A stretch of 64,000 bases of DNA, taken from NCBI GenBank assembly GCA_002633005.1, contig NMRA01000151.1:305613-369612 (forward strand), read 5' to 3'. This document shows, piece after piece, positions 38,750 to 51,430 of this stretch. Under the pieces are notes generated by a model. The model was not told the DNA's origin, searched no databases, and saw nothing but the letters and a program-made list of their open reading frames with translations. The translations under genes were made by a program, and so were the position numbers. Source of the DNA: Phoronis australis (lineage: Eukaryota > Animalia > Phoronida). The number at the start of each line of letters is the position of its first letter. Positions within the stretch are counted from its first letter, which is position 1.

Positions 38750-41700
38750 TGTATTGGGATGTGAAAAATATACCATGCACAACATACGTGATATCCGAGA
38801 CAACAATCTCGTTCTGGCAAAAATCACTGTTTGTTATGACATTCTCTTGTTTCAAGAGTCCAAATTCAGAGACCATTCAGCATTTGAAGTGGAAAATTTT
38901 GTATTTCCCAGAGAAGACTTCGGTCTAGCTTATGCTGTTTCCACAAACAGTCGCATTGTGATGGACCAGGTTCACATTGGTGAGTAGAATACCACTGCAG
39001 ATTCTGCAGGTCTCCGATCTCAGTCTACGCGACACCTTCACTCTTACTAACATGGGAGCGGAACAGTGAGAATTTCTGCACGGCGCATTTAATGTCTACC
39101 CGAACACCCTTATTGTGGGAGACTTTAATGCTCGCCATCCTAGCTAGGACGTCTCTAGTGAAAACACCAACGGCAAAGGCCTGGCGGAGTGTTTGACTGA
39201 GTTATACCTCTACGTCATCAACTCTGCGAAACCCACTATAATGGCAGATACACCAGGAGATAAAGATTCGTGCATTGACCTAGCTCTAACAAGCGACTGC
39301 CTTCGCAATCGTATGCGATGGAAGAGAATGTTCTAGACAGGAAGCGACCACTTCCTCTGTGAAGTGCAGGTACATCGTCATCTCACAGTATGTACTGTCA
39401 GGGTGAAAAATCCCTATACTAATTTTGCGGAAGAGAAAAGCTGGAAATTTATTCGTAGACAATTCAGCAGCCTCCACAAACGCGAGCACTTTCACCAACG
39501 GAAAATGCTCCCACCTGGTGAAATAATGAAGTTGACTGTGCTTGGTCTAATAAACGTTCCAAAGAATGTCTCTTCGACCATCTACGCCATCACTGTCCTC
39601 GAGAGGAATTAAGCTCTGTCAGAATTGCAAGGAACAAGGTCAGAGCTCACTTCAAACCTTGTGCTTCAGAATCTATCTACCTAATATGGGATGAAATCTG
39701 CTCTAAATCCAACCGTACAGCTACTGACTTCTGGCATTTCCATCACAGCATTGACAAGCGCCGCGTCTAACCTTCATCCATTTTTACAACTTCGGATGGC
39801 GACGTGCTCAATATCGACCAAGAACAGGGCGAAGCATTCTTGGAGCGTTCTATCAGACAAAGTAACCATGGCGATACTACTGAGAGGAACCACTTCACCA
39901 TGCAGCCAGATGAACCCAGCACGGCAGCAGAACCCAATCTTGGCTTCTCAGCTTCCGACGTGTGCAATGCCATGAAATCAAGCAAGGATGGTCTTCCAGG
40001 CCCTGACGTAGACAATATTTCTGCCTTCAAGTCACTTCCTGATAGTACAACAGCTCAATTGGTTAAAATCTTACTGTAAACGCTGGGTAACTGGAGTTAT
40101 TCCACAAGTCTGGAAAGATGTTGTCTCAGGGCCTGTTGCATAATTGGTATGCAAAATGCCATTAACAAAATCCCAGAGAAAATAATTCCACAGCGGATTG
40201 CACATTTAATCGACCCTTGGCTATTTACTGGGCTGGGTACATACCGACCCGGCAGTGAAACCTGAGACAATGCTGCTTCTGTGGCTGACGAAATCTTGAG
40301 GGGCTTTGAAGACAAGGAACATACATACATGTAGCTTGTTGGCTTGGACTTGGATAACGCCTACAAATCAGTTCATCTGCCAACTCAGGTGGATGGAATG
40401 CTGCACCTTGGAATCTCTGTTCATTGTGTCTGCTGGGTCATGGCTTCCCTCATCACGAGGAGGTGCATTATGAAACACCACTCTATGCGCTCAGACTGGA
40501 TTTCCGTTAGCACTGGTCTTACTCATGGGTCACCACTATCACCCGTCCTTTTCAGCATATACAAACTCCTATTCGCAATACCGAACCACGTTGAATTCCG
40601 GCTACGTACCTTTGGAAATGACATCCTGGTTACTGTTCAAGGTAAAACTCCTGATTGTCATTGACAAGACTCTTGAGGGAATCAACAATTTCTGCGCTTC
40701 CTGTAGCATGAAAAAGTGCAAAGTCCTTTTCTGCACACTTGACAGTGGTCTTGATATGCGGAACATTCGTTCTCCTGTTTATGACGGAAGGTAGATTAAA
40801 CGCACCTTGTCGAGCTTGGTACAGTCAGTTGTCGACTATGCTGTCCCTATGATGACCATAAGTCAGAACCAAGTCAATGGGTTATAGAGACTACAAAATA
40901 TAGGTCTCCCGTGTCATTACAGGACGCATCAAGTCTACTTCCATTGCGGCCCTGCAATATCTCACATGTATTCCTAGTGTTCTGGACAGATTCAACAACG
41001 GCCAGTCACAGTAACAAAGGCTATCCAAAACCCCATGGAGCATCTGCACAATCAAGTGTCAGAGTCTTTTGAGAGAACCATGACCCCAGATGCCATCCTT
41101 CAGAAGTACCACCTCCGACCAACTAGATCTACACGCAGGGCACCCATCAGAGGATAAGCAAGGGTTATTGGGTCTCGACGGCGGTATGTGCCATCATCGA
41201 TCTGATTGGTGAGCACTCCATTGCTACAGCTACAGACTAGCTGTCTGGTGATCTCGGCGAGGAACACCCTACGGTCATTGTCACTCTCAACAGGCTGGCA
41301 AGAGAATGGCCAGAGGAGGCTGCTGAGGCTCATTGCCGCCAACTAGGAGGTTAAGTGCTATGGTGGTTGCAGCTGATGTCTCCTTCTCAGAAGACAACAA
41401 TTGCGCTGGTTGGGGCCACCACATCTGCTCAGGGAAGGAAGAATCTGGTTGCCATAGCATATACACCAGCAACACTTGTATGGAATTTGTGGCCATACAA
41501 CGTGCTCTCGTCAGGCTCTCTGGCTCCAAGCACATCATCGTTGCCCTGTCTAAGAAATGCTCTGTCAACCTGCCTTCTTACTGGACCATATTCCATGCCA
41601 AGTAGGCCTATCCTTCACGTGTTGTGGTGTAGACCTATGTGCCTGGCCATGCCGACGTCCTAGTGAATTAAAGAATGGATCACCTCCCTTTGGCATCTAA

Positions 41701-42060
41701 CAAAAACGGTCCTCTCAATCTGTATGTCTCCGAAATCAAGCTATTGGCTGGGCACTCGTCCACCCTCAACATCAAACAGAGAATGTCTACGTATGGCGAC
41801 GGGACCCGAACCCTGAACTCTGAAATTTTATTTGCGCCTCAAGCCGGTCAAGGGGCATACAGAGGTGACTGAAAAACCAACAGTTTAGGGGGAACATCAG
41901 TATTGGTAGCTTGCGTCTCCTGCAGTCAGGATCGAAATTGACGAGACGATTAGTGCCCCTGCACATCGTCTATGACCCAGTCTGTGACAGGCACTTTACA
42001 AATACACGAATTAACTCATGGCGCGACTTATTGTTAAGTTGTGGGTTGCTTGATTGGTTT
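38750..42060 (+). mobile_element. Decayed I-group (Ingi/Nimb/I-like) LINE with APE, RT and RNase H
   Basis: APE LIVGDFNARHP and SCIDLAL; RT DLDNAYKSV, GLTHGSPLSPVLFSIY and FGNDI; RNase H VAADVS...AGWG, TCMEFVAIQRAL and YVPGHA. Ends approximate. Confidence 0.8.
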
Positions 42061-42971
42061 ATGTGCTTGTGACAATGAAAAATTACTTTAACCGTAACTG
42101 TTGAGTCATAGATTAAATACTCGAGGTGGATGAAGCCATTTTGAAAACCTGTCGTACGCAGCACACAGCGACACCTGGTTTCTACTACAGCCGATAGGCA
42201 AAGACGGCTCGTACATGTACGTGGCACATGTTAGTAAGTGGTACTAAATAATACCAAATGGCTATTGACTAAACGCCTACCACTTAGGTGGCGCAAAACG
42301 GTAAATTTAATGCTAAATAACAAATGAGTAGAAACTGCCAAATGGGCAAATATCATAATAAGTACCAAGTGGATACAATGAACAGCCAAATGGGCTATAG
42401 CAATCTGACACAGTAGATTTCAGGCAAGCCGAGTAAACAGACCAGCCGGAGTGGTATTAGGTATACTGTAGGGAACGTGATGTTGTGGCTCGGTTTGTGC
42501 CACAAGGACAGGGTTGTTCTTGGATGCTAAATCTTGTCCACAGCCGTAACCCGTATGGGGGCCCTGTGGGGTACTCAGTGACGAACAGTGGAAGAGGAAT
42601 ATTGTTAGATGCGGCAAAAAGTAGTGGGCCAGTTGAACGATAAAATGTGACACGGTGATATACCTAAAACAAAGCTAGTATCTAAAAGACTCTCAGCTGA
42701 GAGAGCTATTGACCATACATTCGTGTTCCGCCAGCGGTGAATTTACTCTAAAGCACCTTTACTGCAATGAGAAAACTATCATTCCCTAAAGCGAACAGGC
42801 GGACTCCATCAGGAAAGAACTACAGCCTGGCGTCCGGTGTAATGTCAGAGTGCTTGATGCAACACCTAGAATGAGTGAGAATGGTCCATGGAGTTGATTC
42901 TGGCTCTGGCAATGTGAATGAAGTTAGCTCCGCCAACCGAGCATTGTGCCTGTGTTCTGTGGATACTATTT

Positions 42972-43850
42972 TGTTTATGAATGATCGAGTGCGCTCAGGA
43001 CTCTAAGACCGAGCGCAGGTTATACGGCGTGTTCAGGCACTCCTGCAAATATTGTCATACTGGTGGGATGTGTTTGTGTACTGCGCGAGTCTCAAGTCAT
43101 CATCAAGGTAACATTTACTGTCGATTGCCGCTTTGCTTCTATTTTCCTTTATTGCGTTCAACTTTACGAGTTATGTGTGCGTGAACTGTTCCTGAATAGT
43201 TTGTGGTCCAAATCCACGGACGGACGGACAGACATACATGTTGCATGTAATGCGTTGCCAACTACAGGTCCAAAACGTCCCGTGCACCTTGTTGTTTGAC
43301 TTGCATGCAAATACAGTGGAAATTAAAGTCTCCTCAACATGAGCCACGTCGGGAGTGAACTGCTGACCGTAAAGAAAAAGACAACGGTGCCGCTGGGTTC
43401 CTGACAACTAAGAGGTTCACCACGGCGCATTTTAACCAGTCCACGAAAAAGTCGAAGTCCGTTGGCCAGTTTCAAAAAGTGTCGTGCAAAAGTGGAGAAG
43501 TTGGAAATCGAATTACAAGCTATTGAGCAGGAAAGTAAAATTGCTAAGTTTGCACTGCAAAAACTTGAAACTGAAAAAGCCGAGTGCATCTAAGGCTAAC
43601 TCTCGCGTACCAGATGATTCCAATAGTCTTGTGTTCTGGTAATACTGGTAGTTTAGATTTACCTGAAGCTGACGATGGCCAAGACTTAGTTCAGGAATGT
43701 GTGAACTCATGTGATATTCATGTAAATCCTAGTCTGCCAAGTAGTGATTCTAAACTAAATTAAATTCTGGTGTTAAAGCCTATGTTCAACGGTAACACCT
43801 GAAAATTTGGTTCCTACAGTATGTTAAGATTATCCCTCTGAGCCCACTAG
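42972..43850 (+). mobile_element. Possible BEL-type LTR plus start of a gag coiled coil
   Basis: TG at 42972 to ..aataCA near 43316, followed by a disrupted frame KVEKLEIELQAIEQESKIAKFALQKLETEKA. No second LTR seen. Confidence 0.3.
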
Positions 43851-45596
43851 TACTATAAATTGTCAAATGTAACGAACTGTTAGGCGTGTTTGGCTTGCTT
43901 TTGTCTTCGTCAACCGCGAGAATCACCTTTTACATGACGGCGACTTCCCGTTGCTCCCAACTTGTTCGATTCTACAGCCCAACAACAAGTTGGGAAGTTT
44001 ACCCCTGTAGCCAATATCTTACACGACTGATTAACTCCATCCTGGCATTTATGGTTGGAGGGCCTGCGCTCTTTTGTACGATAATTGATCTAATCTCCGA
44101 TCAGATCATATCTAGCCTGACTGGGCTGGGCTGATAAAAATGAAAGTTAAGTTATAACACATTTGAGCTTAAACCAATAGCATTTCTGCATTCACGTAAA
44201 ATGCTGATCGTGTTAAATTTTTGAATCACAAAAATCGCTTAACTACCACAGAAGATAATCTATTCTGTCCAAACGGATTACCAACGCACTGGGTTTGACT
44301 GTATTCTCAATACGCGTTCGGTAATAGCGCGCAACCACCATTCGTTTCATTTGAAGCCTGAGGGATAATTGGTCGGCTGTTTGTTATCATACGGGACAAA
44401 TGACTGTGCTGGGCAGTTAACAAAAGAGTTAGATGTTATCGCACGTTCAGCACCCCTCACGTCTGGAAAAGTTGCTGAAAGACAGAACGCTGTAATGAAT
44501 TCAAACAGCTGCGAATTACACTCGCACGCAATGGTGTTCTATTCAGACCCCTATTCAATACAACTTTTTGTTGTTTGTGCTGGGATCTCGCGATGACGGA
44601 ACATGTCGCGAAAAGGCAGGTTCACTTACCAGTCACTGACGGGCTTACATTTGCGTGATTGACCTCGCGTTTTCTTATTTTACTAAGGCTTTGCTAGGAC
44701 TATCTGGTTAGCCCAATACATCTAAAATACCAAAATTCCGTTGAAGTTAGGCTTTAAGCTTTGTAAACATCTTTGCAAACCAAGTTTTATCCCCAGAGCA
44801 CCAATAAGGTCAAAAAGACCGAGTACGTACAGTTATCTACGATCTGGACATTTTATAAGCTTGACATCGGTAGCCGAAAAGGATCGACATTCTAGCAGTA
44901 ATGGCAACAGGCTACGAAAAATGCACACTGAAAAGGCACAACCACAACTTTCACATTTCTCGATCATATCCCATTTAAGCATCGATTTGTCTGTACAACA
45001 GACCACAAACTATATCATTCCACATGTACACTTCCTCATGCCGGATTATTTACGTATGAAGCGTTACCTGTTGACAATTCGACCAGCTAATCAGAAATGC
45101 CGGTGTGAAAAAATTCCGGAAGAAATTAAATTGATACTTCCATGTCCCCTTCCCCGTAGCGGTAACGCAAGGTACCAGGGAGGAATGACAAATCATTGCT
45201 GAGGACAATAGCGCCCCCTATAGGAAAAATCCTGACGCATCTTGGAATATTTACTCAATGCTTTTATTCCATCCCGAATTCAGAGATCATTTATAAACTG
45301 AGTAAGGAACTAGACGGGAGCAATTTTGTAGCGATGAGTGGCATAAATCAAAATTTGTATTGTTGACAGTGAACATAATAAGTTTAATAAAGTTGCAAAC
45401 CAGTCTTTCTTAGCCATTATGTGACATTTTAAGTGTTCTCAATAATGTGTTGTACACCTAACTTACCACTTATAGGTAAGTCGGCTCAAATCGATATGTG
45501 TTAGAATGACCGTCCCAAATAACACCAACAAAAAAGTTAATCCCGGATCACTTTCTCACTTGAAATCTGTCACCCCTTCAGAGAACGGCGCGTGCA

Positions 45597-46198
45597 AGAG
45601 ACCCGGCTCGCTGGTTCCTTGCGTGCATCTAGGTGGTCGGTAGCCAGCACGCAGGTAGCACTTAGTTTTCCTCGGGAAATTCTTATACCGGCGTTTCTGA
45701 TTGGCTGGTCAAATTCTCAACAAACAGCGCTTTACGCAAACAAACTGGCATGACTGATGGAGCAAGTGTAAATGTGGCCTGTCAGTGTACAGACAAATCG
45801 GTGCTTAAAATTTATGCTCAAGAAATCTGAATCCCAGAAATTGTGGTTGCACCTTTTTGGAGTGCATCTTTCTACTGACAGTAGCCTTTTATTTACGACA
45901 CTGTCCTGTATTCATACACTATGAATAACACAGCACCGGTTAAATCGGCCACTGAGATATGTGTTTATTGTACACGTATGTGCTTCAACATTAAACATTA
46001 CTGCAGAAACTAAATTTTTGCTGCGACGCCACTTGCATGACAAGGCTAAAAATCGTTCATAGTCCGGCATTTTTTTACGTTGACCTTAAGCTAACCAATG
46101 ATTGCCGAGGTCAAACCGACCAATGCTAAAGCGCGTGCTACTGTACGATACCTGCGTGCTGGCTAGGCACGTAGGGAATCAGCGAGGAGACACGTCTC
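45597..46198. repeat. Unclassified repeat with imperfect inverted ends
   Basis: ctcgctggttccttgcgtgc..gcacgcaggta at the left and tacctgcgtgc..gcacgtagggaatcagcgag at the right; related copies at 7685-7850 and about 44900-45190. Confidence 0.6.
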
Positions 46199-46485
46199 TT
46201 AAAGGCGAAGGCAACCTTTTTCCATGTCATTTTGAGCTAAAATAAGGTTGGTTGGTTATCCTAGACATATTTTCCACTTAATTACAGCTTTTCGTAATTT
46301 TATAGATTACTCGTCCGCTACTCCGGAAGGGACGTTTTAGGAGGCAAGCGTTTCCCGCCACTTGGTTTTGCGTTGACTTTACCGTGCGAATCTGTTCTAT
46401 TCTACTTTTGTTTTGTGCTGTTTTTCAACAATTGTCGCCACCACTTTCCATCGGCGAGTATTCTGCGGCAAGATAGGTTAGTAGA

Positions 46486-46844
46486 NNNNNNNNNNNNNNN
46501 NNNNNNNNNNNNNNNNNNNNNNNNNNNNNNNNNNNNNNNNNNNNNNNNNNNNNNNNNNNNNNNNNNNNNNNNNNNNNNNNNNNNNNNNNNNNNNNNNNNN
46601 NNNNNNNNNNNNNNNNNNNNNNNNNNNNNNNNNNNNNNNNNNNNNNNNNNNNNNNNNNNNNNNNNNNNNNNNNNNNNNNNNNNNNNNNNNNNNNNNNNNN
46701 NNNNNNNNNNNNNNNNNNNNNNNNNNNNNNNNNNNNNNNNNNNNNNNNNNNNNNNNNNNNNNNNNNNNNNNNNNNNNNNNNNNNNNNNNNNNNNNNNNNN
46801 NNNNNNNNNNNNNNNNNNNNNNNNNNNNNNNNNNNNNNNNNNNN
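46486..46844. other. Assembly gap (N run); a second short gap lies at 62196-62210
   Basis: Run of n characters. Confidence 1.
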
Positions 46845-47154
46845 GTGGCGACGGGGCACTGCCGGGAATCAACATAGACGGAATGACAACCTTCTTCAGA
46901 CGTTGTTTCGCAGGGACCTTCATCAGTTCAGCGTACAAATCCCTTTCGTAATCGGACGGCAGAAAGTGCTTGCCACACACACGGTAATTCTCCACTGCTT
47001 TGTACTTTGCGTGGACGGGTAACGCTGCGGTCTTCACATGAACGAGCCAAGTACGGCGAAGTGTGTCATCCATCGGAAAGCGATGCAAAGGTACTCCCAA
47101 AGCGCGCGTGAGCCGATAATTAGTATATCCTGGTACGCAGCAACAGTGTGGCAT
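46845..47154 (-). CDS. THAP domain ORF of the element, open up to the gap
   Basis: MPHCCCVPGYTN...LHRFPMD...RRTWL...RVCGKHFLPSDY...RLKKVVIPSM; the second zinc-binding Cys is Tyr in this copy. Confidence 0.7.
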
Positions 47155-48442
47155 ATTGACTGACTAGTAAATGAAAGCAAACGACGACGGAACTTAACAC
47201 AACCGAGGTAGAACAATGACTGACTCGGCAGCTCTCACAGTCAGACTATAGGAAAAGAAATTGGCGCGAAATGCTTGCCTCCTAAAACGTCACTTCCGAA
47301 AGAGCGGACGAGTAATTAATAAAATTACGAAAAGCTGTAATTAAGTGGAAAACATATCTAGGATAACCAACCAACCTTATTTTAGCTCAAAATGACATGG
47401 AAAAAGGTTGCCTTCGCCTTTAACGTCTCAAACACTATCACCCGCAGTCGGCTTCTATCACGGTAACTGCAGTGTTCCTCCTGCACGAACTATACAGTTT
47501 TTCTCACGAACAAATTCGTTTGGTTTGGGCACGCGTTTTCCTCACGACGTAGTTCCTCTTACCTACTACGAATTTCTTTTCTCACGAACCAATGCCCAGG
47601 TTAGTCTTCACTCGGCGCTAAATCTTCACCTTCGCCGCAGACTGAGACCAATGTCCGTACCAGTTAAAATTTCATTTTCCCCAATTACCAGAATATCCGT
47701 GTACTGTACGAATGTTGTTATGTGCAAGTTACATTTCTTCTCAAAACAAGTGGCTTAGTCGAATGGATGACCTTGCTTTTCCAGCGTTTCTAGTTGAACT
47801 TCACTTTCGGCTTCACGTTAAATCTAAAATGGTGGAGTGTCACTCCATATGTACGAATAGCTTAAGAACAGCATGTTTGAAAACACTTGCATCTACACTA
47901 CATGTCTAAGAATAGCATTATTTTCTCGCAAGCAGTTCTTTGTAATGCATATGAAAGAACTATATTATTTTAATGGGCGTCGTACGATAGGGGGCTGGGC
48001 TGGGGGGGGGGGGGGNTATAGACTCTACTTTTTTCAGTTCTGCGCCGCCCATGGTATGGTAACAAAACCCTGCCTGTGAGAACACACAGCCATTTATGAG
48101 ACAGGAAGATTGGACTGGATACGGTGTCCAAGGTGACAGCCATATTGCCGAGCCTTTTGGGCCCGAGGGCCTATATCCAAAATAATGGCTTTGTCGCCGC
48201 CTTTTTTACCCAGGGGCTTCGCAAATTGCCGCACCTAAGTTTCACATATAAGCACAGTTCTGCACAGACGTTCCTGGGCTTAATGGTGCGGTAACACGGT
48301 ATTTGAAACTCGACTTGTAAATGTATTGGAGACCCGGGATTTACGTAGGATTTCAGTATTTCAAACCTAAATATCTATTGCACGATAGTAAACTTTTTGG
48401 TAACACCACTTCAGTTTATTTCTTGATCGATATTTCTCTTAG

Positions 48443-48763
48443 ATGTAAAGTCCTTGCTGATTAAAGATGATAATACGGATAAAGTCATTGAAACTATCGT
48501 GTCGCGTGGAGAAAAGGGCTTCAACATTAGCTGCTATGCGACAGGATTGGTTGGCCGCTTGAACGTGTCTTGGAGTTTTAACACCACGTTGTTTAATATA
48601 ATACAAGAAGGGGAACAGACATCGATCACTGAAAACGGAACCACTCAGTTCAAGAGAAGTTTATATTTGTCTCCCAACTCGTCGGGGATTTTTGTTAACT
48701 TAGAGTGTAAGACGAAAAAGGGCACTCTTACAGTTGCTTCAAAAAACGTTAGTCTTGGAATGC
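48443..48763 (+). CDS. Ig-like domain exon B
   Basis: Acceptor tttctcttag, donor gtaagt; 321 bp, phase 1-1; FNISC...NVSWS...VNLECKT. Confidence 0.85.
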
Positions 48764-48949
48764 GTAAGTATATTTTTCAAGGATAAGTTTCCCACTACTA
48801 AGTCTGACTAGATTTCTGTGTTTGTAATAAAGTTGAGTGAAAAATGTAAAAAATAATATCAAGTTCCCGATTTCTAATACGAATATGGACATCTGGCCAT
48901 GAACTCGAAAAGCAACAATTTTAACCTAAGTTCCCAAATCCTTTTTTAG

Positions 48950-49276
48950 ATTTTACATCAGTTACCATTAAAGATCACGGCACGGGAACTCGTCTTCACG
49001 TAGTCAACGTTCACAGTGGTATGGGCTACAATATATGCTGCGACGCCAACGAGACTTTCAAGGCCACCGATGTGACGTGGAAATTTGAAACAGAATCAAC
49101 TCTAAATTTCACACATTACGACAATGTAAATGTTCTCACCAACGACAACAAAACCTCTAGGTGCACCAAGTTACTATATGTTGTACCAAGCCCCGAGGTA
49201 GACCAACTTAATGTAACGTGTGAAGCAAGAATAGACAACATAGCACTAGCAACCACTAACGTCAGTTTTCGAATTT
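48950..49276 (+). CDS. Ig-like domain exon C
   Basis: Acceptor cttttttag, donor gtgagt; 327 bp, phase 1-1; YNICC...DVTWK...LNVTCEA. Confidence 0.85.
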
Positions 49277-49375
49277 GTGAGTTTTAATTTTATTTTTACG
49301 TTATTGCGTGTGATGTGAGAAAGAGCGTGTGAAGAAATTCGGAAACTTCTTTTGACTGAGAAGGGCAAGGTAGTG

Positions 49376-49521
49376 CATGGGCGGCGCACCATAGGGGGTT
49401 GGGGGGGGTTTAGCTCCCCACTTTTTTCAGTGCTACGCCGCACATGGTCTACAGGCGGTGCACCACAGGACGGCTGAGGGGGTTTTAGCTCCCCACTTTT
49501 TTCAGTGCTGCGCCGCCCATG
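49376..49521. repeat. Short catgggcggcg...cgccgcccatg MITE-like repeat with an internal duplication
   Basis: Inverted ends; two tandem copies of tttagctccccacttttttcagtgct; relatives near 47973-48053 and 32003-32070. Confidence 0.55.
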
Positions 49522-49965
49522 CATTGGTGACACTGAATTGATTTTTAGCTACTTTAGCACTTATGGTGATCTGAGTTCGCCTCCACCACTACCTCCACAC
49601 CATACCAGCGGTGTGGTGTGGTGTGGCGTTGACACACGTAGGCGCAATATAATGGCTTTTTCATTTCGCCCATGAAACTGAACGTTTCCCTTTGAAGAAT
49701 GAATGGTATTATATGTTATAAATTGAAAACCTTTTCACTGAATGAGTTTTTAAAACGTTTGATCTGATTTAGTAATTTGTGCTCCTTCGAAACTGCAACT
49801 TGCAGGCACTTTAATATTCATTACGTCACGTCTCGTACATTATTCATGAGCTCACCGTCAGAAGTCGGATAATTTTGAAATTCAAACTAAGATAACTTAA
49901 AAGTATACATACCATTTCATAAATGAGGTTTTACAAAAAGTTTCAAAGAAAAACAGTGAGGGACC

Positions 49966-50169
49966 CAGTGGCGGATCTAGTATATCATGGGTGTGACCAA
50001 TATAATAGTTTCCTGTGTGAAACCTGAACCCAAAACACGTACATACACTTAAATACACACCTACGATTAGATGCAACAAAATAAATGTCCAAATACATTT
50101 TCGTGCCATTATACTACTTATTTTCGTTGGCGACTAAGAGCGTATCAGTTCCCCTTAAATCTGCCACTA
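49966..50169. mobile_element. MITE with CAGTGGCGGATCT terminus and 5-bp TSD (hAT5-like)
   Basis: cagtggcggatctag...aaatctgccacta; TSD GGACC at 49961-49965 and 50170-50174. Confidence 0.8.
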
Positions 50170-51089
50170 GGACCAAAGGATGTAGAACTCAGTCAGAAGA
50201 ATTATAGTCTGCCATCTTAATCACTGTTTAACCTGGGTATGACCAGGCCTTAAGTTAAACCTGGTTTAAAATCTTAATACAGGTCTGAGGAATGTTGACC
50301 TCGTTGGTGAAAAGATAAGCGGGTTAGACCGGGTCTAAACTGGAGAAGAAAGAATCCTTACATTGATTTTATTTTCAAAGCCATAGCATAAAATTGAGTT
50401 CCACTGGAAAAATATCAACACGATACTTCATTGAGGAATCTTTATCAGTTGTTCATACCTTATGGAGATGTGGACTAGTTTTACTTGGCGACTTTGACAT
50501 CGTTTGCAAGGTCACCACGAAAAATCTTGAAGATACATCGCATCATGCACTGTATGAAAGTGAACTTTTATAGTAAGCCTTGCCAATTGTAATTGAATGA
50601 TCATTTTCTTATACGTTGGAAGTAAGATGTTGCAAAGAAAATCATATCGATTATCTTTAACAAAAATCATTACCAAATTTAATTATAGTTTTACAATGAA
50701 CATATCCCTAGGCAGCGGGGAACGATTTCATCACTCTGTGAAAACAACTTGTTTTCAGAATATATAAATATTAAACCAATTTCCACACCAGTTTAAGATT
50801 TTTATCTTCACATGCACTCAGGAGATAAAGGGCGAGATACCCACAGCTAAGTTGATTGGATTTCTGTATTCGACCGGTGGTCTTGATGGCTCAGTAGACT
50901 AGAATGTCTGCAAGGTTAGCAGAAGTCCCGGTAGGGGCATAGATATTTTCTGACTTAGGTTAATTACATAACGTGATGTGGCCAAGAGGTGGCGTGCTGA
51001 CCTGCTTGAACTTGTTTTCAGGTGGAGAATGAAATTAAAATTCATTAATTTGTGGAAAGAAAGTTTCTTGTGTGATATGGAAGATTTAC

Positions 51090-51430
51090 TTGACACTTCA
51101 GTAAACCTTATCGCTAAAGAATATATCAGAGATAAGCTATACATTAAAAGAGTCTTTGGCCATTCAAGCTAACAAATCTGCTCGTTTACCCAATCAGCAG
51201 CAGACCTCTGTTGCCTTGAATCTATGGTAGTTTGCTGTGACTGAATATACTCGTTGCTTGTTCAGTCAGTTTCGTGTTAGACACGTTTGAGTGTGCATTA
51301 GTTTATTATCTTGATAATGCTTTAGCAACTAAAGGGCAATGTTGAACAAGAAAATCTCAGCAGAAACACTGATTTTTAAGCAGTATTTCTTAAGTCTGAA
51401 GATGTCTTAATAGTTCAAACAAAGTTGAAA
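51090..51430 (+). mobile_element. Penelope-like GIY-YIG C-terminal fragment of a different subfamily
   Basis: With one frameshift: LIAKEYIRDKLYIK/ESLAIQANKSARLPNQQQTSVALNLW*, parallel to the 22 kb copy; a ctgaagatgtc half-core near 51396. Confidence 0.5.

Larger units (their letters stand above)
37901..44753. mobile_element. TTAA-flanked long-TIR (Kolobok-like) element enclosing other insertions
   Basis: TTAA at 37897-37900 and 44754-44757; about 37901-38127 is the reverse complement of about 44525-44753, and 38154-38230 of about 43852-43932. Confidence 0.8.
46203..47419 (-). mobile_element. Second THAP-bearing Kolobok-like element; spans an assembly gap
   Basis: TTAA at 46199-46202 and 47420-47423; termini aggcgaaggcaacc; same TIR family as 33578-34891. 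Confidence 0.88.

Noticed and set aside
46373-47154. Long ORFs of 144-250 aa
   Set aside because: Lengths are inflated by the N gap; only the THAP part (46845-47154, -) is supported.
50470-50660. APE-like words VLLGDFDI and HIDYL
   Set aside because: Two short motifs only; probably an ancient LINE fragment but not enough to annotate.
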